Part shown: piece after piece, positions 38,801-50,800 of the stretch
Layout of the letters: each line of letters begins with the position of its first letter
How positions within the stretch are numbered: position 1 is the stretch's first letter
Assembly (NCBI GenBank): GCA_002633005.1
Contig: NMRA01000877.1
Coordinates: forward strand, 47,421-111,420
DNA length: 64,000 bases
Direction: 5' to 3'
Source: Phoronis australis
Lineage: Eukaryota > Animalia > Phoronida
Position numbers and translations under genes: made by a program
Notes under the pieces: generated by a model
Databases searched by the model: none
The model's input: the letters and a program-made list of their open reading frames with translations, nothing else
Told to the model about the DNA's origin: nothing

Positions 38801-41800
38801 TCCGGAAAACATCTACCGTGTATGATATTGATATCAAAACGACTCCAACTGTAAATTAAGTAAACCAAACGCCGTGCTTAATTTTTCAATTGACAAAAGT
38901 TACGTTGCACATGACAAATTAACATCAACCCCCATAATATTCGAGTTCCACTCTTCAAAATTTCACAGGCTGATTGTTTCCCCAGACAAGTATTGTGGTA
39001 TTTTCACAGTATACATATGGATGAATACATACATACATACATACAAACACTACTCAAAAGTAACGTTTTTGTCAAACTAATTAAAAAAGTGAGAATGAGA
39101 TGTTACTCGGTTCATAAGAATCTCTTTTTGGGTCATTAAATATTCACTTTGATGCACAATGCATTGAAGTTTGTGCAATCATTCTAAGCAGGGCCCAATG
39201 AGTTTCGAGGTAGTAGCATGATCAAAGAAAAATATTTTAGCTACACTAAAAAAGCATTACATGCTTCATTTCTCAGATTGAAAATGTAATCAAGCTGTCG
39301 GGCAATTGCACAATGGCGCCACCACACCCAAAGGCTCGTACTGCATCATCACGGGTGATAAACAACATGAACGCCGGTCCTCTTAAATCGGACCGCCTCA
39401 CCCAAAACAGGACCTCCGGGGATCAAATGGGACTGTCGCACCAGAAAATGGGACTGACGCACCTAAAAACATGACCGCCCCACCAGAAAACAGGACCACC
39501 GGGGACTGAACATGACCGCCCGGGATTGAAACCGCATATTGTCCGGCGGTCATGTTCAGTCCCAGGCGGTCCTGTTTTGTGGTGGGGCGGTCATGTTTTT
39601 AGGTGCGTCAGTCCCATTTTCTGGTGCGACGGTCAGATTTGATCCCCGGAGGTCCTGTTTTCGGTGAGTCAGTCCGATTTAGAGGGCCGGCGGTAATGTT
39701 GTTACTCACCCGTGATCATCACAGCCAAAATCAATTGGGTCAATTTTACACAAAAATTAAGTTTCGCAATTCGTTACTGAACAGGAATTTAGTAAATAGT
39801 TAACAGTATTTCTTCTGGCCAGCCCTAACTAGGTCACAGCGGAGGACCAAAGTTGATAAAAGGGGGGGGGGGAGTCTGTGACGTTGACTTTACACATTGA
39901 CCTCGAAGGAGAGAACGGCGTACAAATAAGACGCATTTAAAAACTTGCAATTTACCTTGCTTCGAAAATTTCTCAGTTTGGTAGTCCTCAGGTTATTGGT
40001 CATGAAGATATGATTTCCCAAAATTTAAATCATTTTGGCACATCATTTCTGATATTTTTAAGGGGTAGGTCAATTTGGGGCACTCCTGGGCCCTAACTAA
40101 GGGCAAGAAAATTATGATACTTACATTTTTATAGAGGAGAGACAAGTGGCTATCAGATGCACAAAGAATTTTCGAAATCAAAAACAAAATAATTTTGGAC
40201 CCAAAAAGGACCCTTGGGTGGGTCACTTTGATGGGCCACTATTACCTAATTAGTGGGCCGATGACGCTGAAACTTGGGGGCTGACCATTTGGAAGATTGA
40301 CCTTTCAAATAAAAACAGAAATTTGAAAATAAAAGACAAAGTTTTTCGACCAAAAAACCTAAGCCTATGGTTTTTTGAGGGCCGAAAAATTGTTTGTGTC
40401 CAATTTCAAATATTCTTGACCAGATCGACGTAGAATGCTGAGAAACTAATGCCCACAAAGTTTGAGTTCAATTTTCACGTCTAAAAATTTTTGACACCGA
40501 TTTCAAAACTTCTTTCATTGTTGGATAGCCCTTTACTTACTGACTTCCAAAGCGTAAGCCCCCACTTCTGGTGAGCCCTAATGAGGTCACAGCGGAGGAT
40601 CAAAGTTGGAAAACGGGGGGAGTCTGTGACGTTTGCCATATATAATGCACTGCAACTGAATGTAACAATAACTAACCTAAATAAATTATCAGTTCATGTG
40701 TACAATGCATGGAGAGGCCTTGAAAAAGGTATAATTACTGCTCTACTGGCCTACTTCAAGATACTACCAGTATCAATCAAAACCTGCAGAAAGTTGCAAT
40801 TACCTATACATACAACCGTTAAATATGTGTAGCTAAGAAACATCAGAATTATAACAATAAACAATGTTAACTAAAATGTAATTCAAGGACCCAACCCACA
40901 GGTAAATATAAGAAAACATATCTTTAAAGTTAACCCACATCTTCAATTGCAATTGTAGGAATAATCTCAGAACCAACTTTTGCTGTTAACCTGTTCCATA
41001 CCGATGTAAAATAAACACATTACTTTCTTAGTACTTACTAACTAGAACTAAATGGAAGACAGTACTGTGCCAGTTGAGTACACAAGGCTCAACAATACTA
41101 ATTACCAGTAATTCTTATACACTGCCACAATAAAAAACTGAAACCTACCTGAACATCTCCCATTCTTGTAACTTCTTCCCCCAAACTAAGCTGAAAACAA
41201 GTTCTTAATAAGCTGGAAAAAGGTGTCTGCTTAATTCCTTAGTTTGGCTAGAAAATACCCAACGTAGCGTAGGCTGAGGCTAGTAATTACTAAGCCTACG
41301 TAATATGCCCATGAATGAATCGCAATAGGCCTACGATAATCTATACTCAATAACCCTGATCAGTTCTTAACAAAACGTTACAACAAAGGGACCAGAAGTT
41401 ATGCAGAAATATTATAAATGATAAACAATGCTACATCGGAGTTATAATAAGTAAAATCGTAGGTTTTGCATTTGATATCTCTCTGTAGCTATTTCCACTT
41501 GTTTCCTCTTGCAGTGCGGTTGCAGTGAACAACCCTTACCGGTGTAATCGTTACTTCCTGTTTTGTCGTCAACGAATCCTATTGTGAATAATGTTATTTT
41601 TAACTATACAATTAAATGTCGCTAACTTTTCCATACCAAAGGACAAACGCGCCAAAAACAAAAATGTCAAATAAAATTTATATTGTAAAATAATTAAGGT
41701 ATCTTCTAGATTCTATTAGTTGACGTAGAAACGGCGGTTTGATGTCAACAGCTCAAGAAATGTAGGTCTAGGTGCTTGGTCAAGATTCCCCATTTTGCAC

Positions 41801-44800
41801 GCGACACCCCTTGGCAAGGTGAGGTCGACTGTATAAAAGGCGATGTGTATAGAGACCGATTAAGACGGTAAAAAAGACTAATACAATCGGGTGGCATTCT
41901 CCTTTAAGTTGTTAGACTGACGACTATTTGAGTGAGACGAGATATCACTACTGGTGAAGGTACAGGCCTATTAATCTACAATGCTACCATTTACCCGTAA
42001 CTACCGCACACGTTAACGCACCAAGAGTCACACTAGAAGTAGCTTCTATCTAATCGCTAGGTTAGAAACGTCTTCTTCGCACTTGAGACCAGGTCGTTCA
42101 GTTGTTCAGGCCCTACGTCTTCAATCTATTGTATGTGGTCTTTTTGGTCTGCTCCTGGTCACCTGGTGGTCTGCTCTTAGTCTTGTCTCGTGGTCTGATT
42201 GCGTGGTGGCCGGCGGTTCGACGCTGCCTCGAGAGCCAGCGCTTTAAATATCATTCTAGTTGGTATCGTGTGATGAACCCATCTCGTGACAATTAAAGTA
42301 TGCGCATGATCCTTGTATAACAATTTAAGGTTTTAACGATGATTACACAACGATTTAACATTAGCTGACAATTTGAGCAATTCTTGCATAATGCCTGTGT
42401 TAAGCTCTGCTATAGGCAGAGATATGACTGTATGCGCTTGAAGTTTAAAGGCTTTGATTAGAACATCTTGGGCATAACCTCATTATACNAGCTCAGATCT
42501 GATTTCAAATGTCGAATTCGGAACACGGCTCAATGGTAACGAAGCTATGGCTAAGCCATCGATATCCCAGGCGACCGGCAGTGGCGCTACGCACTACGAC
42601 TCCGTTTCCGTCGTCTGCTTCACTGCGCAATGAAGAAAATTACTTCATTTTTTAAAGAAAATGGAATCTGAGTGACGATGAAAAAACAGAAGCTGCTGGT
42701 AAGATGTGAAATTTAATCGAAACCTTATTGAATCACTCAGAAACTTATAATTCTCTCTTTGTCAAACCTTAGCTTAAGGCGATTTCCAAAGCAATCGCGT
42801 CATTACTACCAACACAAAAAAACGGATTTTGTCTTTTGGACAATTGAAGAGCATTTTAAATACAACAAATTTGTTATGAGCTGATTGCACAAATATAAAA
42901 AGTAATAAGCACTACAAAAAGAAGTAGGTTTCGCGCGCAAACGCTGTGGACCATAAACAAGTAGATCTTTTATTAGAAACAGTATGAGTGAAGTCGTGGT
43001 GGTGCAGTGGTAAAGTACGCGCACTCTACCCGCTAGGTCGTGCGTTCGAATCACTGATCATTGCCGTTTTTCATGATTCACACGTTCCGTTTTGTATTTT
43101 TCTTTGCATTTTTCTTGGATAATACTTCGGGAATCACGGAAAATGCTTGATTTTTAGAGGAAAAAACAGAGTTTTTCCCATTCGGTGCTTTGCGCATCTA
43201 ATCGTGCTTTGCACAAATATTTTCAGACAAAGTGTTGGGCCCCCCTTGTGATATCCTAGATCCGCCACTGTACACCCCTTCGTTAGATGCAATGACAGTC
43301 AATCCATTCTATTACAGTACTTCTCGTAAAATGTTTCACAAATAATACCAACAAGATGGCATGACTTTGCATGACCTCGTTTTACAGGTGTATTACACGT
43401 GTTCCAGCATCTTGATCCTTTTTTGGAACGAAGCCTTCAAAAATTAAGATTACTGCCGTTTTTGCTCTAAATTCTCGAAAATATGGAAAAGTAAGAACTT
43501 TAAAAAATCGGAGAAACCGTTCCCTACAAAATACCGTTAACGAAACGTTTACAAATGGCCAATTTGGAGGAGCAATATTTTAATATATCTGCTCAAAGTC
43601 ATTTTTTACAAAAAGCTTATATCTTGGAAAGAATAAAGTGAAAATATAAGAACTATAAATTTTGTTAGGAAATGTATTCAGCTTTCAGAAAATATATTCT
43701 TTGTAGGAGTTACAGCTAACAGAATTAAAGATATTTGCACATTAGTACAAACTAGTAAACAAAGTTGACAGGTATCTTAAAATTATCACCCAAAGAACGC
43801 TTCCTTTGTTCTGCGACCCTTACTGGTAATATGAATATTATTAAATGAAACATGTCTACGAAAATTAATTTGACTTTCGTGAAGCATTCCAACTTCACTT
43901 TTTCGTCACCGTTAACTTTTTCTCCGCGCTCGATAACCACAAAGTGTTTCGAAGTAAGCACAAGTGCGAGACTGAGCGAAGCGCGTGAACTGGCGCCTGA
44001 CACTTGGTAAAAAGATCATGTGAAAACGTCAGGTGAAATTGTAAAATTTGTTTCACTTGGACTTTTTGTTCCTCAAAATAGAACCCGGCTAGGGAAGCCC
44101 GAGGTTGATGCCAATAAACTATCGTAACTGTTTTATGATCGTTGTGCCTTGTTTGTCTAGTGGCTTAGCTAGGTTAGGGTCTTCATGAATAGGAATATTT
44201 CTTCCCAGTGTTTGCAGGAGACAGGAATTCCATTGCATAACCATAATTGAATTTGATAAATGGGTGTGTTGGTGACAGCGGCATTGACAAATCCCAGAAC
44301 TCTAATAGGAGTAGACCAAACTCGGTTGAGGTGTCGCCGGGCATTTTCTGGAGTTGTTAGCATTCGCGTATTCCGATTCAAAATTTCCTTGAAGTTTATC
44401 CACATGATCAAACGCCAACTGAGCTCAGAGGGTAAATAAGAACAAATATACGGAAAAGTGTCACATTCTTTGCTGTGACTAATATTTTGTTAGTTCACCC
44501 CTTTTCAACGGAATTGCATGAGACGCATATCATTTGTACGCCCTTTTTGATCACTTTATAGTGTGTGGTTACCTCAGGACAAAATATTAATGATTGACTT
44601 GATACATAACGAATTACTGTTTTGCGCCGCGTGAGTGTATCCACTGGGCCTCCGGCCTCTTGAAAATACTCAGACGGCGCATCAACCTTGGCTAATAACG
44701 AACAAGTGTATTTATTTATACACAGACAGCGTTGCTCCCAACATGGCAGAATACGCGTCACATTTTAAAAACAGGGGGCTTGAATTTTTGAGAAAGTGGA

Positions 44801-47800
44801 CCTTTTATTAAAAAACGGGGTACGCTCAAAGCCATGAATTGCGTTTTCGCCGAACTTTGTAGTCCCTGCCTTTTTAGGGGATTTTTGTCTCGTTTTCTAC
44901 TGTTTCGTAATTTTGGTTTCTGTGGGTGTTTTTATAGGCTGCGTACATGTATCTGGCAGTGCTGTTACGAATATAGCAATTGGCTGCTTGCCACACTCCA
45001 CCGTTTTGAGCTCATACCAACAGTCGAAATTATAAAGAATGGACTAAAATACAACCGAATAAATACATAATAAATGCAAATATCGAAACACTATAGATTT
45101 TAATTCAGTAAACATGTAAATGCTCTGACAGTAGAAATATTGTAGTACTTGACGATTCGCCTCATACCAATCTTCTTTGAATTGAGTCACGTGATCGTGT
45201 ATTTTAGCCAATAAGTTAACGGGAAGAAATGGATCCCTAGCAAAACAACAGTGTCTACAACATGGCCACATTTTGCTTGATATAACACTATTGCGGTTCT
45301 ATCACTTCCATTTTGGTCATGTACCGCCTATAATGTATCTTTTTGTTAGCGTCATGCAAAAGTGGTGCATATTGACACATTCTTATCAGCACTTTGGATA
45401 ACCGCTTATGGCACGGTATCTGAAAGTTTCATATTAACGCGATCTGTCAAATTTGTCATTTTTAGAGTTTCCCGCACAACCTGTACTGTCATACAGCTTA
45501 TTGCCTGTTCTTGCAAGTCTCTGCTCTTCATGGGCCCGGCGAAAGACCATTTATGCATGCCTCATTCGGTCACAGACCCCTTTGATGACAGACACATTGA
45601 CAGCCCAAAACACGTGTCTAGCCAACTTAGCACATGTTCAACACTTCAGCCAAACACAAAGCACATTAAGAAGAAAATTATATTCTTACTATATTTTTCC
45701 AGTCGGCCACACATACTTGTAAGTCGCAATACCTTTTTCAACATTTAGATTATGGGGTGATATTCTCAATTTTTTCAAAGCAAATCTGCGTTTTCTAATT
45801 ATTACCACGGAAACAAAATTTATGTTCAACATTTCTACAAAGTACACGTTCACAGAGGTGGGTCTACAAGGGGGTTCAGGGGTTTCAACCCCCCCCCTCG
45901 GGACAGGATCAAGAATAAAAATTGAAAAAATTTTGCCAGAAAAACGAAATCAGCTACTTAAAACCACAGAAATGTTACACGGAAGGGGGAAACCCCCTCC
46001 CAACCTTCCTTCCGCTCGGCGCTACGCGCCTCGGATTCGCTCGAATCCTAACCCACCCTTACTGAAAACATAGATCTGCCACTGCTCCACTATAATCACA
46101 TAGATTATCAACACATTTATTCCCAGGCACAGGAGTTACTTACACTCTAACCTCGTCAACGACGCTATTTTTTCTAGCATCATTTGTTCTGCTTGTGTCT
46201 TGAAACCCCAGTTTTCCTAACATATTTTGCGCCAATGACCTATACATTTACGCGAACATCAGCAAATAGTTTCGCTAAACTTCTTTATTATATTTTATGT
46301 TTTATGTTTACTTCACTGATTTTGCTTTGTGTTACCATTGTCACGCCCAGTTCTGTGTTTGTCTGGTCGTGGAAGGCTGCGAGAGCCTGTTAGTTGGCCA
46401 TAACCCGCCATGCATGGAACGTATATACATATACATGTACTGGTACCGCCTAGTCTTTTCTGTGGGAAGTAACCACATACTATTAACATCAATTGGAAGA
46501 AGTTATGTTTCACCCCTTACAGGACATCTGTGTACATGTGCGTTGTTTTGTATACGGTCCACATAAGACCCTTTCATACTGACGTCGACGTGTCGATGTT
46601 TTGGGCAGTTGCAGTCAGTATGACGTGGATTTAATAAATTTCTCGCTTACACTGGTAACCGCTGTAGTTCCCTAAGCCCCAGACAACATTTACGATGGCT
46701 ATTCAACACGCCCTTTGTATTGATGTAGATCTGAGCTAATGAAGTGGAATGTAATAGCTAGCTTTACTTTCATAACAACGGTGGTTGTTATTACACCCAT
46801 ATTGGTTTTCTCTGGCATATGCACAGGGTAAAGCCTGCAATGTGGAGAGTAATTTAACTAGGGGTTCATTTTAAATATTACACAAAGACTAAAGTTAATT
46901 TGCGTTCATCTTGACAAAGGACCACTTCTATCCCAACGGAACGTTGGTTTTAAATATATTTCATACCTGTTTTCATTACTTTATTTTTAATATCCCTGTC
47001 TGTTTTTTTTCTGGTATACCAGTTGTCATCTTTTTACTTTGTTTTTAAACGATGTATCAAAGCAACTTAGAAGTCAATTAATTGTGAACACATCCCTGAC
47101 TTTTCTACATTACAGCTACACCGAACATGCGGTCACAGCAAACAAAACTACAGGCGTCAATATTTCAAGCTCAGTCTTAGTAGAACTCAAATCATACCAT
47201 ATATACAAAGTACAAATATGGTGATAGCCAAACTGAGGATTTGAATCCTCTGGACGAATTTTGGTTGCAGTAACTACATAACTATTCTAGCTTTTCCCCA
47301 GTCATAAAAATGAAATCACAGCTCTTGCCACCGGCCAGCCTCATCCACTGTTTGCACTCCCTCGTTTAATACAAAGCTATCCATCTTCTTGTGTTCACTT
47401 ACGTGTTTTCCTTTATAACTACAATCCAACTAACGAAATTGGCACATTTCTGCGAATATCAATTGTCCAGTTAGTGTGTTACTCCTCGAGTAAAGTAGTT
47501 AGGCATACCCTGGACCATAAGCGATATTTTAAAAGTTATTGACATCTATTTTAGTCACTGTGTGTTGTTTATAGATGTTTCAATGTAACTTAATTGTATA
47601 TTAAAAGAATAATTCACGTGATATTGATAACTCTGATCAGCGTTTGTAAATCCAATGAGTATATCAATACGCACAGTCGTTCATCTTCAATCGTTCACAA
47701 TGTTCGTAATATTTAGCTTAATAGTGCATCGATTTTTAGAAATCGAAAACCAAACTTGGTTGTTTTTTCCATTTGAATACAGCGTTGGTATTTGTTTTTG

Positions 47801-50800
47801 ACTAAAACTATTGTTTAATACATTTTGAAAATTCTCCAGTATGTACAGGCAGAGAAGATAACTACAGTTTAGAGAGTAGAGTAGATGAGATAGCTTCGCA
47901 AGATCGGTGGATCTCGCCTTCTGTCCTAATTACTTTTAATGGGGTCTTGCTCGCACCGGACAATGCGGCCATCGCAACTGAGTCCGACTCCGACTCTGGT
48001 CCTGGAAAAAGCCGCCCAGAAGGACGACCGGCGGTGAAAAGTCACGCATCTCTTTAGAAATGCGTGACTTTCGTGTAAGTGTATTATTCACCGCATGTGA
48101 ACGGTTAACTTCGGCACTGGATAGAAGTTACGAGCGCCAGTTAACTTCGCAATAAACGAGGTTCATTTAACAGCAGAGTGTCGACGCTGCGGTGCTGTAC
48201 GAACAGTCAACTTCTGTCCCATCGAAGTTATCGCCGGGTGCCGCTGTCATCGTCAACAATTAAAGTGCAGTGTCATCGCTAATAGTTGCTTATATTTTTC
48301 TCGAATAATCACCAATCGAAATAGAAACAAGATTTATGCATTTTGAAAAATCAGCGTGTGCTTGCGATTCATCAGCGCCACCTTGCGATTAATTCGATGA
48401 AAACAAAATGACCTACCGTTTACTTCGATGTCGGTTAACTACAGTATTCGGTATTAACGGTTCAGTTAACATGCGAAGATTTAGTAACAGGCAACATGTC
48501 AAACGCAGAGTACGAATCCAGAAAAAAAACAGCACTAACATAAAATTCTATAAGTGGAGTCTGTGAAGAATTTCAATCAAGTGTGACTTATTGCTTTTAC
48601 TAGGTAAAGACCCACGGAGTAACATACAATGACTTGTGAGTTATTGGGTGATCATTTATACTGGAGAAACATTTGTTTTAATAAGGAGTAGAGTTGGGTG
48701 AAGGGACAAGTATTTTGAAGTTACAGCTGTCAAGTCCCTGTATGCATAGGTAGCGTTATTCGAAGTTTCTATCTAGTTGGAAGGACACTCAAGTGTAAGT
48801 GAATAATATTCCAGTTGTTCTTCTGCGGAAGACAAAAAAAATCTTCAATGTAGTCAATGTGTTATTAATCAAAAATTACACCCAAATTCACTTCCGCTCA
48901 ATCAGATGATTTTTGCCACTGCGATTCTATGTCCACAAGGTCAAATTTGTAAATTTCTGGGGTCACCTAACCCGAGACGATGTCAATCAAACTAGCATTT
49001 TTGGTATGCTGGTTCGAGTTTCCAATAGGCATCACAGCTTCATTGTGAATCGAGGGACTAGGATTCGATTCGGCTTCGCCATCGAGATACAGTAGAAAAC
49101 AAGTCTTGGCAGTATCTCGAAGCAATATGAAGTGCAGGTCAATGAACTATTTTTACGCTCAAAAGATGTATCCCTTAACTCGCCGTGGAAATTCTCACCC
49201 GATGTCAGTTCTTTCGCAACCAATTTAACTTATACATGTACAGACATTAGATAATGACACAGGTAGGAATAAAATATGCTGATCATCTATTACAAGGAAC
49301 AAGACAAGGACGGGACATTGCAATAACACACGTGTATGGCATAGAAATATCATCACACAGAACTAAATAGACGATAATGCACAACTGAGCAAAGGCAGGT
49401 AGGGAAATAAAAACACACACACTAAATAATACATGTACATGGGTTTCCAATCAGGCAACTAAAGTACAATGGAATCTACCAGGACAAAATCTATCTTTAT
49501 TCATTAAATTGCCAACTACTAGACGTAAATTTTAAGTAAACTGGTGATTTTTTGATGCACTTAAATAAAAAGGTGGAAAAGAACTATTTAAGCAATCATC
49601 ACGCCCATGAGTTGAGGGATCCTGATGTACTCGGCACCTAACATACTGTATTACACTCATCGAAAACACCCTCCCGCATACCCGATGCGTAATGTGTCAT
49701 CGAGATTACCGGGAATTTCCGCAGATGAGCCAAATGGCATGTATTCGGAAAATGAAAATTTTCAGGCGTTTTAGTAACACCTGGGAGTTTATTTCGAAAA
49801 GCGGGCGTGTAAACGGAAAACCATAGTTTTGCTTGACTTGACACTACTGCTTAAAACTGCATTTTTATTTTTTTGCTAATAAATGCATAGTCCGCCAACG
49901 CCTTATTTGTTTTTTTATAAATGATACATGCTCAGCAAAACTGAATGTGACAAAGCGTTGACGCTGGCTGGGCTTTTAGGAGGAAAATTTCCTAATAAAC
50001 GTCCCACCGTCTGCCAGTGGACACTTGACACCAAAAGCTGTCTCACCAAATGAACGCCCATGGTCGTCTATTAGGCATATTTTTTCGAATTAGTGTCCAT
50101 GGGCGTTTCATTTGGTGGGCTTAGCTACGGAAAATCCCGGTGAAATGTAAAAGCTTATGTCAGCATGAAAAAAGGAACACCATACAGATATGGTTACATG
50201 AAATAAATACAGTAAGGTACATGTACATGTATATAAATTATCTTACAACTACCACTATAATTTGGCTGGACAGAATATCTACTGTTTGGCGTTAGTGCGT
50301 TTGAATAAGTTACAGTTAAATTTCTCACTTTGTATTGTTTGGTAAACTCCATGGAATGGGGCTCAAGGCTATTTTTGAGGGAGTTTAAACAACAAAATTT
50401 AGACATATTTGAGAGCAGCAGGGGCTTAGGATTTGATGAATGCCAGTAAATTAGACAGTTACAAATTACACTAACATCAATTACATATAAAAAGTATGTT
50501 ACATTAAACATCAGAAAAATATCTGAATACTTAAGCACGATTTAGACGTTCAAATCATAACTTACAATTAGTTTTCAGGAGATATCGGCGGTAATTGTTT
50601 ACAATATGACGACAATAACTTACACATATGATTTTGATATCGTACGATTCCTCGCGCCGTTATCTTTCCAAAAAATATATAAATTGATCCCCTACCGCGT
50701 TTCCTTCATATTTTTTCGTCGAATTTCAGTTAGCACTATTTCCCGGTGGACACCGCCATGTTAGCTCAACTCAAGATAACAGCGACACCTATTGTTATTG

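Larger units (their letters stand above)
37408..41798. mobile_element. MULE/Mutator-like element, 4391 bp, 40-bp TIR, 9-bp TSD
   Basis: acgcgacac[gcaaaatggggaatcttgaacaagcaccttgacctacatt...aatgtaggtctaggtgcttggtcaagattccccattttgc]acgcgacac; empty site in the Kolobok copy at about 11890. The superfamily call rests on TSD length and G..C ends only. Confidence 0.85.

Noticed and set aside
42993-43060. Functional tRNA gene
   Set aside because: Acceptor and anticodon stems do not pair; it lies inside an interspersed repeat and the second copy has a broken B box.
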